A DNA stretch of 64,000 nucleotides from Acidobacteriota bacterium (lineage in GTDB: Bacteria; Acidobacteriota; UBA890; WLXD01): contig CBDFKD010000002.1 in the NCBI GenBank assembly GCA_965248695.1, forward strand, positions 1,952,001 to 2,016,000, written 5' to 3'. This document shows positions 29,965-38,605 of the stretch, piece after piece. A program made the position numbers and the translations under genes. A model generated the notes under the pieces. The model searched no databases. It had not been told where the DNA came from and was given only the letters and a program-made list of their open reading frames with translations. Every line of letters begins with the position of its first letter. Position 1 is the stretch's first letter.

Positions 29965-30807
29965 GTGACTGCTGCGGCAGAGCCGAATCGCCGCTCGCTG
30001 AGCCTTCGGGGGCCGGATCGTCCGGTGATCGGCATGGTTCACCTGCGTGCTCTTCCAGGTGCCCCGGAGTACCGCGGCAGCCTCGACGAGGTGCGCTCAG
30101 CAGCTTTTCGGGACGCTGAGGCACTGCAGACCGGCGGTGCCAACGCGTTGCTGGTGGAGAACTTCTTCGACGCGCCGTTCTACCCCGACCGTGTGCCGGT
30201 TCACACGGTCGCCCATATGACCGCCATCGCCAGCGCCCTTCGGCAGCGCTTCGATCTGCCGCTCGGAGTCAACGTGCTGCGCAACGACGGGCGCGCGTCG
30301 CTGGCCGTCGCGCATGCCGCTGGCGGAGGCTTCGTCCGGGTAAACGTGCTGACCGGGGCCCGGCTGACCGATCAGGGCATTGTGCAGGGGTGCGCCCACC
30401 TACTGGCGCGCGACCGCCAGCTACTGAACGCCCGCGACGTGAACATCCTCGCCGACGTCAACGTCAAGCATTCGGCGCCGTTGGCCGCGTACGACCCGGA
30501 CCAGGAGGTAGCAGACGCGATCGCACGCGGCGGCGCCGACGCCGTCATCGTCTCTGGCAGCGGGACCGGTGAGCCCGTCACCCCGCCGGAGCTGCGGCGG
30601 GTCTGCACCGCGGCAGCAGGTACGCCGGTGCTGGTCGGGTCCGGGGTGACCGCAGTCGGTGTCGCGGACCTCGCCGCTGCCAGCGGCTTCATCATCGGCA
30701 CATCGGTCAAGCGCGGCGGTGAAATTCCCAATGCGGTGGAGCCGGACCGCGTACGTCAGCTGGTCGACGCGGTGGCGCGACTGCCTCGCGGCCACGCGCC
30801 GGGCTAG
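29965..30807 (+). CDS. BtpA/SgcQ family protein
   Basis: IGMVHLRALPG, ENFFDAPF, GVNVLRND, ADVNVKH, SGSGTG. Confidence 0.9.
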   Translation: MTAAAEPNRRSLSLRGPDRPVIGMVHLRALPGAPEYRGSLDEVRSAAFRDAEALQTGGANALLVENFFDAPFYPDRVPVHTVAHMTAIASALRQRFDLPLGVNVLRNDGRASLAVAHAAGGGFVRVNVLTGARLTDQGIVQGCAHLLARDRQLLNARDVNILADVNVKHSAPLAAYDPDQEVADAIARGGADAVIVSGSGTGEPVTPPELRRVCTAAAGTPVLVGSGVTAVGVADLAAASGFIIGTSVKRGGEIPNAVEPDRVRQLVDAVARLPRGHAPG

Positions 30808-30981
30808 CAGGCCGTGGTGAAAGTGTGGTGGGTCGGGCGACAGGGTCTTGCGAGGCGCAGGCCAGGAGAGAGGAGGAGGCGATGGTTACCCCATCGTTGA
30901 CGACAAACGACGCAGCATCCGCGCGCAACCCCCAGTCGCCCGAAGGGTTACGGCCCACCACACTTTCACCACGGCCTGCTA
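30805..30981. mobile_element. MITE-like element with 28-bp perfect terminal inverted repeats
   Basis: TAGCAGGCCGTGGTGAAAGTGTGGTGGG at 30805 and its exact reverse complement ending at 30981; internal hairpins; no ORF. Confidence 0.8.
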
Positions 30982-32217
30982 ACGCAGGATGCCAGTTGTC
31001 CGGGCCGCGTCGCCGTCGTGGGCGGGCACATCAATGCCGAGTGCGGCGGCAAGCAAACCGTAGACATCGACAGCCTCGATCGCAGGCACGGTGACGCCGC
31101 GCGCAAAGGCTGGCCCGGCCGCCACGAAGACTGCCTGCATATCCGGATGCGTCGGATCCTGACCGTGATCACCGGCGATCATCTGGTCGCCCCAGCGGTC
31201 CCGTAACGAGCGCGTGATGACCTCCCATCCAACATCCGGCACTGCCAGTATCGGCGGCAACCGCGGCTGGTCGTACAGGTGCAGGCGCTCCGGCAGCTCG
31301 TCGCGACGATAGACGTGCAGGTTAGGGTGAGCGCCGGCAAGCGCGTCGTAGATCAGCGTTTCGCGACCGTGGCGGGGAAACAACTGCAACAGCGCCCCCT
31401 GTTCGAAGAGCTCACCCTCCTCCAGTTCAACGAGATCGTCGATCAGAATCACGCGGTCGGGAGACATCTGCGCCATGCCATGGTCGGAAACCAGGACCAG
31501 GTTCGTCGATTGGCGCAGGTCACGCTCGTCGAGCCCCGTGAGCAACCGGCCGACCATCGCATCGACGCGCCGCACGGCCGCCAGCGTCTCGTCGGCAAGC
31601 GGCCCATGTCGATGGCCACTGTCGTTGGGTTCTTCGAAGTACAAGGCGATGAGCGATGGGCGGTCGCCGACCGGAAGATCGATCCATGCGAGCGCCTGAT
31701 CCACGCGGGCCTCGAACGAAATCCCGGCATCGAACCTGTTCCAGTGCGTCGGACGCACTCCTTGAATCGCTGCCTCGGAGCCCGGCCAGAAATAGACCGC
31801 CGACTTCAGTCCCTGTCGCTGTGCCACTACCCAGATCGGCTCGCCGCCCCACCATCGACCATTTTCTACCTCGCGCCTCTGGCTCAGGCCGAACGGCTCC
31901 GGCCAGCGCGGATCGCGAATATTGTTGGAGATGATGCCGTGGTGACCGGGGTACAGACCGGTCACCAAGGTGTAGTGCGCCGGAAAGGTCTTGCTAGGGA
32001 ACGGCGGGATCAGTCCCTCCGCGCGTACCCCGGTAGCAATCAGGCGATCCAGGTTCGGCGTCTCGACTCGTTCGGTGTAGTCGGAACGGAATCCATCCAT
32101 CGAGATGAGCAACAGCGTCGCTGGTGGTGCAGCAGCCCGGCTCGGGCCACACGCCACCATCACCGCCAGCAGCAATGCCGTCGGTGCGGTTCCGCTCCTC
32201 GCCATCGCCCGACCCAT
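30979..32217 (-). CDS. Nucleotide pyrophosphatase/phosphodiesterase (alkaline phosphatase superfamily), lipoprotein
   Basis: ISMDGFR, PSKTFPAH, GEPIW, SDHGM, GDHG; lipobox MVAC. Confidence 0.9.
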   Translation of the reverse strand: MGRAMARSGTAPTALLLAVMVACGPSRAAAPPATLLLISMDGFRSDYTERVETPNLDRLIATGVRAEGLIPPFPSKTFPAHYTLVTGLYPGHHGIISNNIRDPRWPEPFGLSQRREVENGRWWGGEPIWVVAQRQGLKSAVYFWPGSEAAIQGVRPTHWNRFDAGISFEARVDQALAWIDLPVGDRPSLIALYFEEPNDSGHRHGPLADETLAAVRRVDAMVGRLLTGLDERDLRQSTNLVLVSDHGMAQMSPDRVILIDDLVELEEGELFEQGALLQLFPRHGRETLIYDALAGAHPNLHVYRRDELPERLHLYDQPRLPPILAVPDVGWEVITRSLRDRWGDQMIAGDHGQDPTHPDMQAVFVAAGPAFARGVTVPAIEAVDVYGLLAAALGIDVPAHDGDAARTTGILR

Positions 32218-32321
32218 CGCATCCCCCGGGACACCCGATAGCCGCCAACGCCGCCGCGTCCACGCCGACCGTGTGCGCAGGCTCCAAGGGAGTCTAGCCG
32301 GTTGCCAAAGTGTCCATCGAT

Positions 32322-32350
32322 GGAATGAGGCCGTTGACCGGAGTGTCTAA
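32322..32350 (+). promoter_or_regulatory. ECF-type promoter upstream of the ECF sigma gene
   Basis: GGAATGA-N16-GTCTAA matches the RpoE-like GGAACTT-N16-GTCnAA layout. Confidence 0.55.
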
Positions 32351-32362
32351 TATGCGACGGTC

Positions 32363-32968
32363 ATGGAAACCCCTGTGTCCGACATGCGGCCCGGTGCCAA
32401 CCAAGAGGACCGGAGCCTGGTCGCGTTGGCGCGGACGGGAGACCAGCAGGCATTCAGGACACTGGTGGAACGGTACGAGGGAGCTGTGGCAGCGACGGTA
32501 ATCGGGATGATGGGCCCCGGCGCCGATGCCGACGACGTCGGCCAGGAGGTCTTCGTGCGCTTCTATCGGTCGCTCGCGAGGTTCCGCGGCGACGCGACGC
32601 TGAAGACCTACCTGACGCGCATCGCCATCAATCTGTCGCTCAACGCGCTGAAGCGACGGCGTCGACTGCTGGACCGATTTATCAACCGCGACCGTTCGGC
32701 TGACGAGGCACCGTTGCCTGAGCCAGCGATGAGCGGCGACCTGGCGATGGCCAGCGACGACCTGACCGGAGCCGTGCAGGAGGCCATCCGCTCACTCGGA
32801 GCGGAGCATCGGGCGGTGGTGGTTCTGCGTATGATCGAGGGCTATTCGACGCGCGAGACCGCGGAGCTGCTCCGGGTTCCGCAAGGCACCGTAATGTCGC
32901 GTCTGTCGCGGGCGATGAGAACCTTGGAACCGATGCTCCGACCATGGGCAGAACACCTGGATGACTGA
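32363..32968 (+). CDS. ECF RNA polymerase sigma factor
   Basis: GDQQAFRTLVERY, DVGQEVF, TYLTRIAIN, ETAELL..GTVMSRLSRA. Confidence 0.93.
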   Translation: METPVSDMRPGANQEDRSLVALARTGDQQAFRTLVERYEGAVAATVIGMMGPGADADDVGQEVFVRFYRSLARFRGDATLKTYLTRIAINLSLNALKRRRRLLDRFINRDRSADEAPLPEPAMSGDLAMASDDLTGAVQEAIRSLGAEHRAVVVLRMIEGYSTRETAELLRVPQGTVMSRLSRAMRTLEPMLRPWAEHLDD

Positions 32969-33287
32969 GCCGCTGGGAGACAACGACACCGGGCGGCTCG
33001 TGCGCGCCCACGCCCGTCGTGCGTTCGGTCCGGGCTTCGCCGACCGGGTGATGAGCCGGATCGACGAGGACGCCACAGGTCTGGTGCTCCTGCCTCAGTT
33101 CTTGGGCCTGGCAGCGGCAGCGGCAACGGTGACGCTGTTGTTGATCGGCTACAGCGTGTTATGGACCGAGCCGCTGGAGGGCCAATCGTTCATTGAGGCC
33201 GTCCTGGGCCTGGAACCGGTCTCGATCGAATCGGCCTACGGGCTGGACGACAAGCTGCCGTACATCGACGGCGATAACTCGCTATGA
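32961..33287 (+). CDS. Putative single-TM anti-sigma factor
   Basis: Overlaps the sigma gene; PGFADRVMSRI followed by one TM. Confidence 0.65.
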   Translation: MTEPLGDNDTGRLVRAHARRAFGPGFADRVMSRIDEDATGLVLLPQFLGLAAAAATVTLLLIGYSVLWTEPLEGQSFIEAVLGLEPVSIESAYGLDDKLPYIDGDNSL

Positions 33288-33685
33288 GCCCCAGGACCCG
33301 CTCCGCCGTGCTGCTTACGGCAACGTTGGCTATCGGCGTCGCGCTCGGCGTCTTCCTTGGTGGCGCGCTGCAGCATTTCCGCTCCGGGAGAGTACGGGGG
33401 CTCGGCGACCGTCAGGGCTTCGTGCACCACATGGAGCGCATCATCGGACCGCTCGACGAGCAGCAACAACAGCTGATCCGCCCGATCCTGGAGGCAACCG
33501 CGGATCGCAACCATCAGATCGACCGAGCTTCCCGCGATGAGTTGCGCGCAGCGCTGTCCACAATGATCGCCGAGCTCGGCGAGCACCTGGACGACGAACA
33601 GCGCCAGCGGCTGGAGGAGTTCGCCCGCCGACCGCCGCGCCGCGGGCCGCCTGGCGGACCACCGCCGCCGCCGAGACCACACTAG
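33284..33685 (+). CDS. Periplasmic Spy/CpxP/ZraP-like helical protein
   Basis: N-terminal TM; two LDEQQ/LDDEQ (LTxxQ-like) motifs; Pro/Gly tail; ATGA coupling. Confidence 0.65.
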   Translation: MSPRTRSAVLLTATLAIGVALGVFLGGALQHFRSGRVRGLGDRQGFVHHMERIIGPLDEQQQQLIRPILEATADRNHQIDRASRDELRAALSTMIAELGEHLDDEQRQRLEEFARRPPRRGPPGGPPPPPRPH

Positions 33686-33734
33686 TTGGCCGCGGTGAAC
33701 TCTGACCGGCTAGCGGCCCGTAGCAGGGGAATCG

Positions 33735-36170
33735 CTAGCGCACCAGCGGCTGCAGAAGCCTGAGCTTGGGCTCGAGACGCGCCTCGAGCTGCTGCTCGAT
33801 CTCGGCCACGCGCGACTCCAGATCGAAGGCCTTGATCTGCTCTTCGATCTCGTCGACCTTGGCGTCGACGTTGTAGCTCTCGATCTCGCGCTCGATCTCC
33901 GCGACCCGGGACTCCATACCGAAGTCCTCGATCTGACGCTCGATCTCGGCAACCTTCGCGTCGACGTCGTAGTCAACGATCTCATTTTCGATCTCGAGGA
34001 TCGCCTCCTCAGCCTCGCGGACCTGCTCGGCGAGCAACTGCTGGGTCTCCTCGTCGCCGGTGGCGCGCGACGCCGTATTCAGGCTCGAGATCCGCCCGCG
34101 ATGGCTCGAGATGTGGCCGCGCATGCTGCTCAGGCGCCCACGTGTCGAGGAAATCCGACCGCGCATGCTGCTGACCTGGCCTTTCGTGGATGAGATGCGC
34201 CCCCGCATGCTGCTCACATGGCCCCGCGCCGAGGAGATCTTCCCGCGCAGGCTACTGACCTGGCCGCGGGCCGAGGAGATCTGACCGCGAAGGCTGCTGC
34301 GCTGACCGCGAATCGAAGAGATCTGTCCCCGTAGGCTACTCGCCTGCCCGCGGATCTGGCTCATCTCCCAGTAGTCGGCCAGGACCGCTAGGATCTGGTC
34401 GCGCCAGTCCTGTCCGCTTTGGTCGAACGTGCGCTCCTGACCGTTGATCGACCAGCTAGGTAACGAGCCACTCGCGGAGGGAGTGATCTCGAGACGCTTG
34501 AGGACGCCATCCAGCTCCGACTCGATGACCACCCAGCCACCATCACCGACCGGACCGATGCGGCCGCCGTCGGCGGCCAGATCGACTGCGCCGTGGACGC
34601 GCATACAAAGCCGCAGATCGTCGACATATTTCTGGATCACACGGTCACTGCTGTCGTAGCCGAACCGCTCCACGAACGTTGTGCCGTCACCGTCGTCCCA
34701 GGTGCTCACGGTGCCGCTGAAGTTGCCGCGCATGTTCTCCGGCTGGCAGCTGTGACGCCCACCCGGGGCTTGGCTGATCGGTGGTGGCAAAACCGGCAGC
34801 GGGGCGATGGGCGCCAGATCGCCAAGTCGAGGAACGACGACGGTGGGCAACGGGGCGGCGATCTCGGCGCTAGCGGCCGGTGGTGCCAGCAGCGACGGCA
34901 GCGGTGCGTTCAATGTGGGCAGCTGGGGCAACGGAGCGTTGGCCGCGGCTTGCCGGGGCGCGGCTCCGGGCAGCGGAACATGGATCGGGGCCGGTGCTAG
35001 CGCGGCCTGTGGCAACATAACGTTGATCGGCGCCGGTGGCACGAGCGGCAGAGGCGCGGATGCAGACAACGGGGGCAGGACCGGCGCTGGCGCCGGCGGC
35101 GTCTCTTGCGGCTGTGCAGCCGCGACTGACAGTGCGGCGATCACCATGCCCGTGCCGGTTGCAGCACCGACCAGGGTGCTGGTACCGCGCCGACGAAGCT
35201 CGAGAATTGCCATCAGTCGTTTCTCCAAATGGGGACGTTCGATCATCGCAAGTGCCCCGGCCGGGGGCCGGGATCCCGCCGATAGCTCCAGCAAGTGCCG
35301 CGCATACACCGACGGCAGATTGCCGAGGGCGATTACCTCTTCGTCACACGCCTGTTCCCGCGCCAGCGTCGCCATGCGGGACGCCACCCACACCAGCGGA
35401 TGGAACCAGTAGGCACACAGAGCCAGACGGGTAAGCAACTGTCGCAGAACATCGAGACGCCGTACGTGCACGAGCTCGTGCTGGAGTACGAGCCGGCGCC
35501 GCACCGCATTCCAGGTGTGCGCCTGCTCGGGCAGCAAGACAACCGGCCGGAAGATGCCCCCCGTGAGCGGAGTACCGATGCCTATGGCCGACAGCAAGCG
35601 TACGCGGCGACGGATGCGCAGCTGCCGTCTGACGCCTTCGAGCTCGGCGCACCATGCGGGATCTTGAACTGGCGTGGCCGCCTTCATGGTTCGCCAAACC
35701 CGCGCCAACCCGAGGATCAACGCCGCCGCCACTGCCGCGGCGCCGACGAGCCACACCGCCACCAAAGCAGCTACTGTGCTGACGCGTACTGTGCTGACGT
35801 GACTCAGGGCGGCGTCGGCAACGGAACCAATCTGAGCGCCCACGGACGGGGTGGGGAGCCCGGCCTCGGCTACCGCCGCGTTCGTGAGCTCGCGCCCCGC
35901 CGGCACGGGCGCCGACACCCGCGGCGGCTCCGGCGACAGCACGGCGGGCAAGGGGACAGGCAAGACAGGCAGCAGGCCCGACAGCAACGGCAGCACCAGG
36001 AGGCCGGCAATGGTGACGCTCCACAGGATGTGGCGGGCGGTGCCGGCCGACCGACGCAGGAGGAAGGCGACGGCGAACGCCAGGCCAATGAGCGCCGTGC
36101 CACGTATCGTCACCGCGAGCAGGACAGGTCCGGTCGCCTGCAACCCGATCTCGGGCCCTGGCAGCCCCAT
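33735..36170 (-). CDS. BlaR1/M56 family metallopeptidase with atypical repeat-rich C-terminus
   Basis: ARHILW, PVVLLP, HELVH, WFHPLVW, EQACDE, LEKRL; then Pro-rich linker, globular domain and two repeat arrays. Confidence 0.9.
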   Translation of the reverse strand: MGLPGPEIGLQATGPVLLAVTIRGTALIGLAFAVAFLLRRSAGTARHILWSVTIAGLLVLPLLSGLLPVLPVPLPAVLSPEPPRVSAPVPAGRELTNAAVAEAGLPTPSVGAQIGSVADAALSHVSTVRVSTVAALVAVWLVGAAAVAAALILGLARVWRTMKAATPVQDPAWCAELEGVRRQLRIRRRVRLLSAIGIGTPLTGGIFRPVVLLPEQAHTWNAVRRRLVLQHELVHVRRLDVLRQLLTRLALCAYWFHPLVWVASRMATLAREQACDEEVIALGNLPSVYARHLLELSAGSRPPAGALAMIERPHLEKRLMAILELRRRGTSTLVGAATGTGMVIAALSVAAAQPQETPPAPAPVLPPLSASAPLPLVPPAPINVMLPQAALAPAPIHVPLPGAAPRQAAANAPLPQLPTLNAPLPSLLAPPAASAEIAAPLPTVVVPRLGDLAPIAPLPVLPPPISQAPGGRHSCQPENMRGNFSGTVSTWDDGDGTTFVERFGYDSSDRVIQKYVDDLRLCMRVHGAVDLAADGGRIGPVGDGGWVVIESELDGVLKRLEITPSASGSLPSWSINGQERTFDQSGQDWRDQILAVLADYWEMSQIRGQASSLRGQISSIRGQRSSLRGQISSARGQVSSLRGKISSARGHVSSMRGRISSTKGQVSSMRGRISSTRGRLSSMRGHISSHRGRISSLNTASRATGDEETQQLLAEQVREAEEAILEIENEIVDYDVDAKVAEIERQIEDFGMESRVAEIEREIESYNVDAKVDEIEEQIKAFDLESRVAEIEQQLEARLEPKLRLLQPLVR
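33780..33995 (-). repeat. Coding tandem repeat: 4.5 x 16-aa acidic unit
   Basis: EIENEIVDYDVDAKVA/EIERQIEDFGMESRVA/EIEREIESYNVDAKVD/EIEEQIKAFDLESRVA/EIEQQLEA. Confidence 0.9.
34080..34361 (-). repeat. Coding tandem repeat: 13 x 7-aa basic unit SSxRGxx
   Basis: SQIRGQA SSLRGQI SSIRGQR ... SSHRGRI SSL; 282 bp = 13 heptads + 3 aa. Confidence 0.95.
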
Positions 36171-36171
36171 C

Positions 36172-36555
36172 TCAGCGGCCCTCGCGCGCGGCGCGGTCGA
36201 TCATGCGTTTCAGGCTGCGCCGCTCGGCATCGGTTAGCCGATCACTGCGGATCTCGAGGAGCGCGGCCAGTGCACCCTCCGTGGATCCATCGAAGAATGT
36301 GTGCAGGACGTGGTCCAGCGCCGACCGACGCGCAGCTTCCGGCGGTGCGGTTGGCGAATAGACGTATCGCGGCCCCTGGTGCTCGAAGCGAACCTGCCCT
36401 TTGTCGACCAAGATCCGCAGGATCGACCGTACCGCCGGGTCGGTAGGTGCCTCCGCCATCGCGGCGCGAACCTCGGCCGCGGTGGCCTCTCCTCTGCTGT
36501 GAAGGATATCCATGACCTCACGCTCGCGACGACTGAGCATCCCGGGCTTCTTCAC
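36172..36555 (-). CDS. BlaI/MecI/CopY family repressor
   Basis: LSRREREVMDIL, VRSILRILVDKG, YVYSP, FFDGS; directly upstream of the M56 gene. Confidence 0.92.
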   Translation of the reverse strand: MKKPGMLSRREREVMDILHSRGEATAAEVRAAMAEAPTDPAVRSILRILVDKGQVRFEHQGPRYVYSPTAPPEAARRSALDHVLHTFFDGSTEGALAALLEIRSDRLTDAERRSLKRMIDRAAREGR

Positions 36556-36606
36556 GTCGTCCTCTTCCGGTTATCTGAGCAGACGTCAACGAACCTAGCA
36601 CGGTTT

Positions 36607-36643
36607 ATGTTGAATTTTCAACATTGCGCTGAAAATTCGACAT
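36607..36643. promoter_or_regulatory. Tandem palindromic operators, probably for the BlaI-like repressor
   Basis: ATGTTGAATTTTCAACAT (36607-36624) and GCGCTGAAAATTCGACAT (36626-36643), AT-rich, about 50 bp upstream of the repressor start. Confidence 0.7.
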
Positions 36644-36851
36644 CCGGCTACCGTTCGCTCCAATCAAATGGATGCCCGAGGCGAAGATCGCGCCACTCCG
36701 GACCCCTTCCCGGATCGGTGCTCGTTCGACGCCCGGCACCGAAATCCCCTTGGAGCATAACGAAAAAACCCTCGCGTGGGGCTCGACAATGGGCCGTCGA
36801 GGGTCCAGCCTGGGAGCTATCAGACACCATTAATTTCCTGTGGGGGGGAAT

Positions 36852-37145
36852 ATGACCAAGGCCGACATGGCTGCGAAGTTGGCCAGCAAGTGTGACGTTT
36901 CGAAGGCCAAGGCCGAGGAGATCATCGACGCCATCTTCTCGACCAAGCCTTACCAGGGGATCATTGCCGTCGAGCTGGACGCGGGCAACAAGGTCTCGAT
37001 CGCTGGCTTCGGGAACTTCGAGACCCGCAATCGCAAGGCGCGCATGGGCCGAAACCCGGCCACCGGGGCGACGATTCACATCGCCGCGACCACGGTTGCA
37101 GCGTTCAAGGCGGCAAAGGGCCTCAAGGACCGCGTCGCCACCTGA
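36852..37145 (+). CDS. hup: HU family DNA-binding protein
   Basis: MTKADM, GFGNF, RMGRNPATG, FKAAKGLKD. Confidence 0.93.
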   Translation: MTKADMAAKLASKCDVSKAKAEEIIDAIFSTKPYQGIIAVELDAGNKVSIAGFGNFETRNRKARMGRNPATGATIHIAATTVAAFKAAKGLKDRVAT

Positions 37146-37179
37146 GGTTAGCGGCTGGGCTGGTCGCGGAGATCACGCG

Positions 37180-37380
37180 GTGACCGATCCGTCGGCAGAC
37201 GGGGTCGGTCGGTCTAGATCCGCGGTGGTCGTAGCGCTGATCGTCTCGGCGATCGCGCTCTTCGTGGCCGGTGTCGCCCTTCTGTTGACGGGCGGCTACG
37301 AGCTGATCGGGGGCGTCCTTCTAGCGGTTGCGCTGGGGGACGCCCTTTGTGCGTTCGCCGTCGGCCGGATGGCCAGTTAG
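37180..37380 (+). CDS. Small two-TM hypothetical protein
   Basis: GTG after GGAG; two hydrophobic segments; fills the gap. Confidence 0.5.
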   Translation: MTDPSADGVGRSRSAVVVALIVSAIALFVAGVALLLTGGYELIGGVLLAVALGDALCAFAVGRMAS

Positions 37381-37384
37381 GAGC

Positions 37385-38533
37385 TTGATCCGCGACCCGG
37401 TGGCGGTGCTCCTGGTACTCGCCGCCGTGGTCTGCCTGGCGTTGTGGCTCGAGGAGAGGATCGCGGCGTTCCGTGCTCTCGGGCCTGCCCTGGTGGGGAT
37501 TCTCATCGGGATGGCGCTGTCCAACTTCGGTGTGCTACCGGGGACCTCGTCTACGTATCAGTGGCTGAGTAGCACTGGCATTAGCCTCTCGGTGGCGCTG
37601 ATATTGCTCAACGTCGACCTGCGGTCGCTCGCCGACGCCGGCCTGAGCATGCTCGCGGCGTTCGGAATCGGCGCTGCGGCCACAGCGACCGGAGCGATCA
37701 CGGGCGCGCTGTTGTGGAGCGGCAGCGTCGGGCCCGAGAGCTGGAAACTGGCGGGTCAGTTCACCGGCACCTACACTGGCGGCGGCTTGAACTTCGCCGC
37801 GCTGGGTCGCGCGTTCGAGACCAGCAGCGATCTTTTCTCGGCAGCGGTCGCAGCCGACGTCGCGCTCACGGCCGTTTGGATGGCCGCCTGTCTGGTCGCC
37901 CCGCTATTGCTGTCGCGCCGAAGTCGAGACGCAGAGGAGCGGCCGGCGGAACCCCCGGTGGAGGATCAGAGCTCCAACGTCGCACGGGCGCTCAACAGCA
38001 GCGTTCGTCCGATCGCTATTGGCGAGCTTGCCGCACTGGTGGCGCTTGCAGTCGGCGCCGTTTGGCTCGCTGGACGACTCGCTCTCCTGGCACCCGCACT
38101 GCCTGAGATTCTCTGGCTAACGACCATCGTCCTGCTGATGGCGCAGGTACCTGGGGTCAAGTCACTCGCCGGCGGTGCCCTGCTGGGCAACTACATTCTG
38201 CTGCTGTTCCTTGCCGGCAACGGCGCCCAATCGGTACTGGCGAACATCTTCCGCGTAGGGCCGGCGGTTTTCTGGTTCGCCGCCACCACGGTCGCCATCC
38301 ATGGCATCGGGATCTTCGGCGTCGGTCGACTGCTCGGTATCGATGCTGCAACGCTCGCGGTGGCGTCACAGGCCAACGTCGGCGGGCCGGGCTCAGCGGT
38401 GGCGTTGGCGTCGGCACGCGGCTACACGGACCGGTTGCTTCCCGGCGTGGCGATCGGACTGTTGGGCTACGCGGTGGGCAACTACACTGGCTTCATGGTC
38501 GCGAACCTGATGCGCCGCTGGCTCGGCGGCTGA
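37385..38533 (+). CDS. DUF819 family membrane protein
   Basis: [28 protein letters not shown]; start uncertain. Confidence 0.85.
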   Translation: MIRDPVAVLLVLAAVVCLALWLEERIAAFRALGPALVGILIGMALSNFGVLPGTSSTYQWLSSTGISLSVALILLNVDLRSLADAGLSMLAAFGIGAAATATGAITGALLWSGSVGPESWKLAGQFTGTYTGGGLNFAALGRAFETSSDLFSAAVAADVALTAVWMAACLVAPLLLSRRSRDAEERPAEPPVEDQSSNVARALNSSVRPIAIGELAALVALAVGAVWLAGRLALLAPALPEILWLTTIVLLMAQVPGVKSLAGGALLGNYILLLFLAGNGAQSVLANIFRVGPAVFWFAATTVAIHGIGIFGVGRLLGIDAATLAVASQANVGGPGSAVALASARGYTDRLLPGVAIGLLGYAVGNYTGFMVANLMRRWLGG

Positions 38534-38605
38534 TCCAGTGTCCAGTCACTGCGGTCCGCTGCATGCCGCCGGGCTACGACTAGCACATGGCCGGAGGCTC
38601 TGCTC

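Noticed and set aside
33683-33737. Possible third MITE remnant (TAGTTGGCCGCGGTGAA) at a stop codon between convergent genes
   Set aside because: The match is short (about 14/17) and could be chance
34080-34361. 21-bp periodic DNA as a non-coding array
   Set aside because: Variation is codon-like and the repeat is in frame inside the M56 gene
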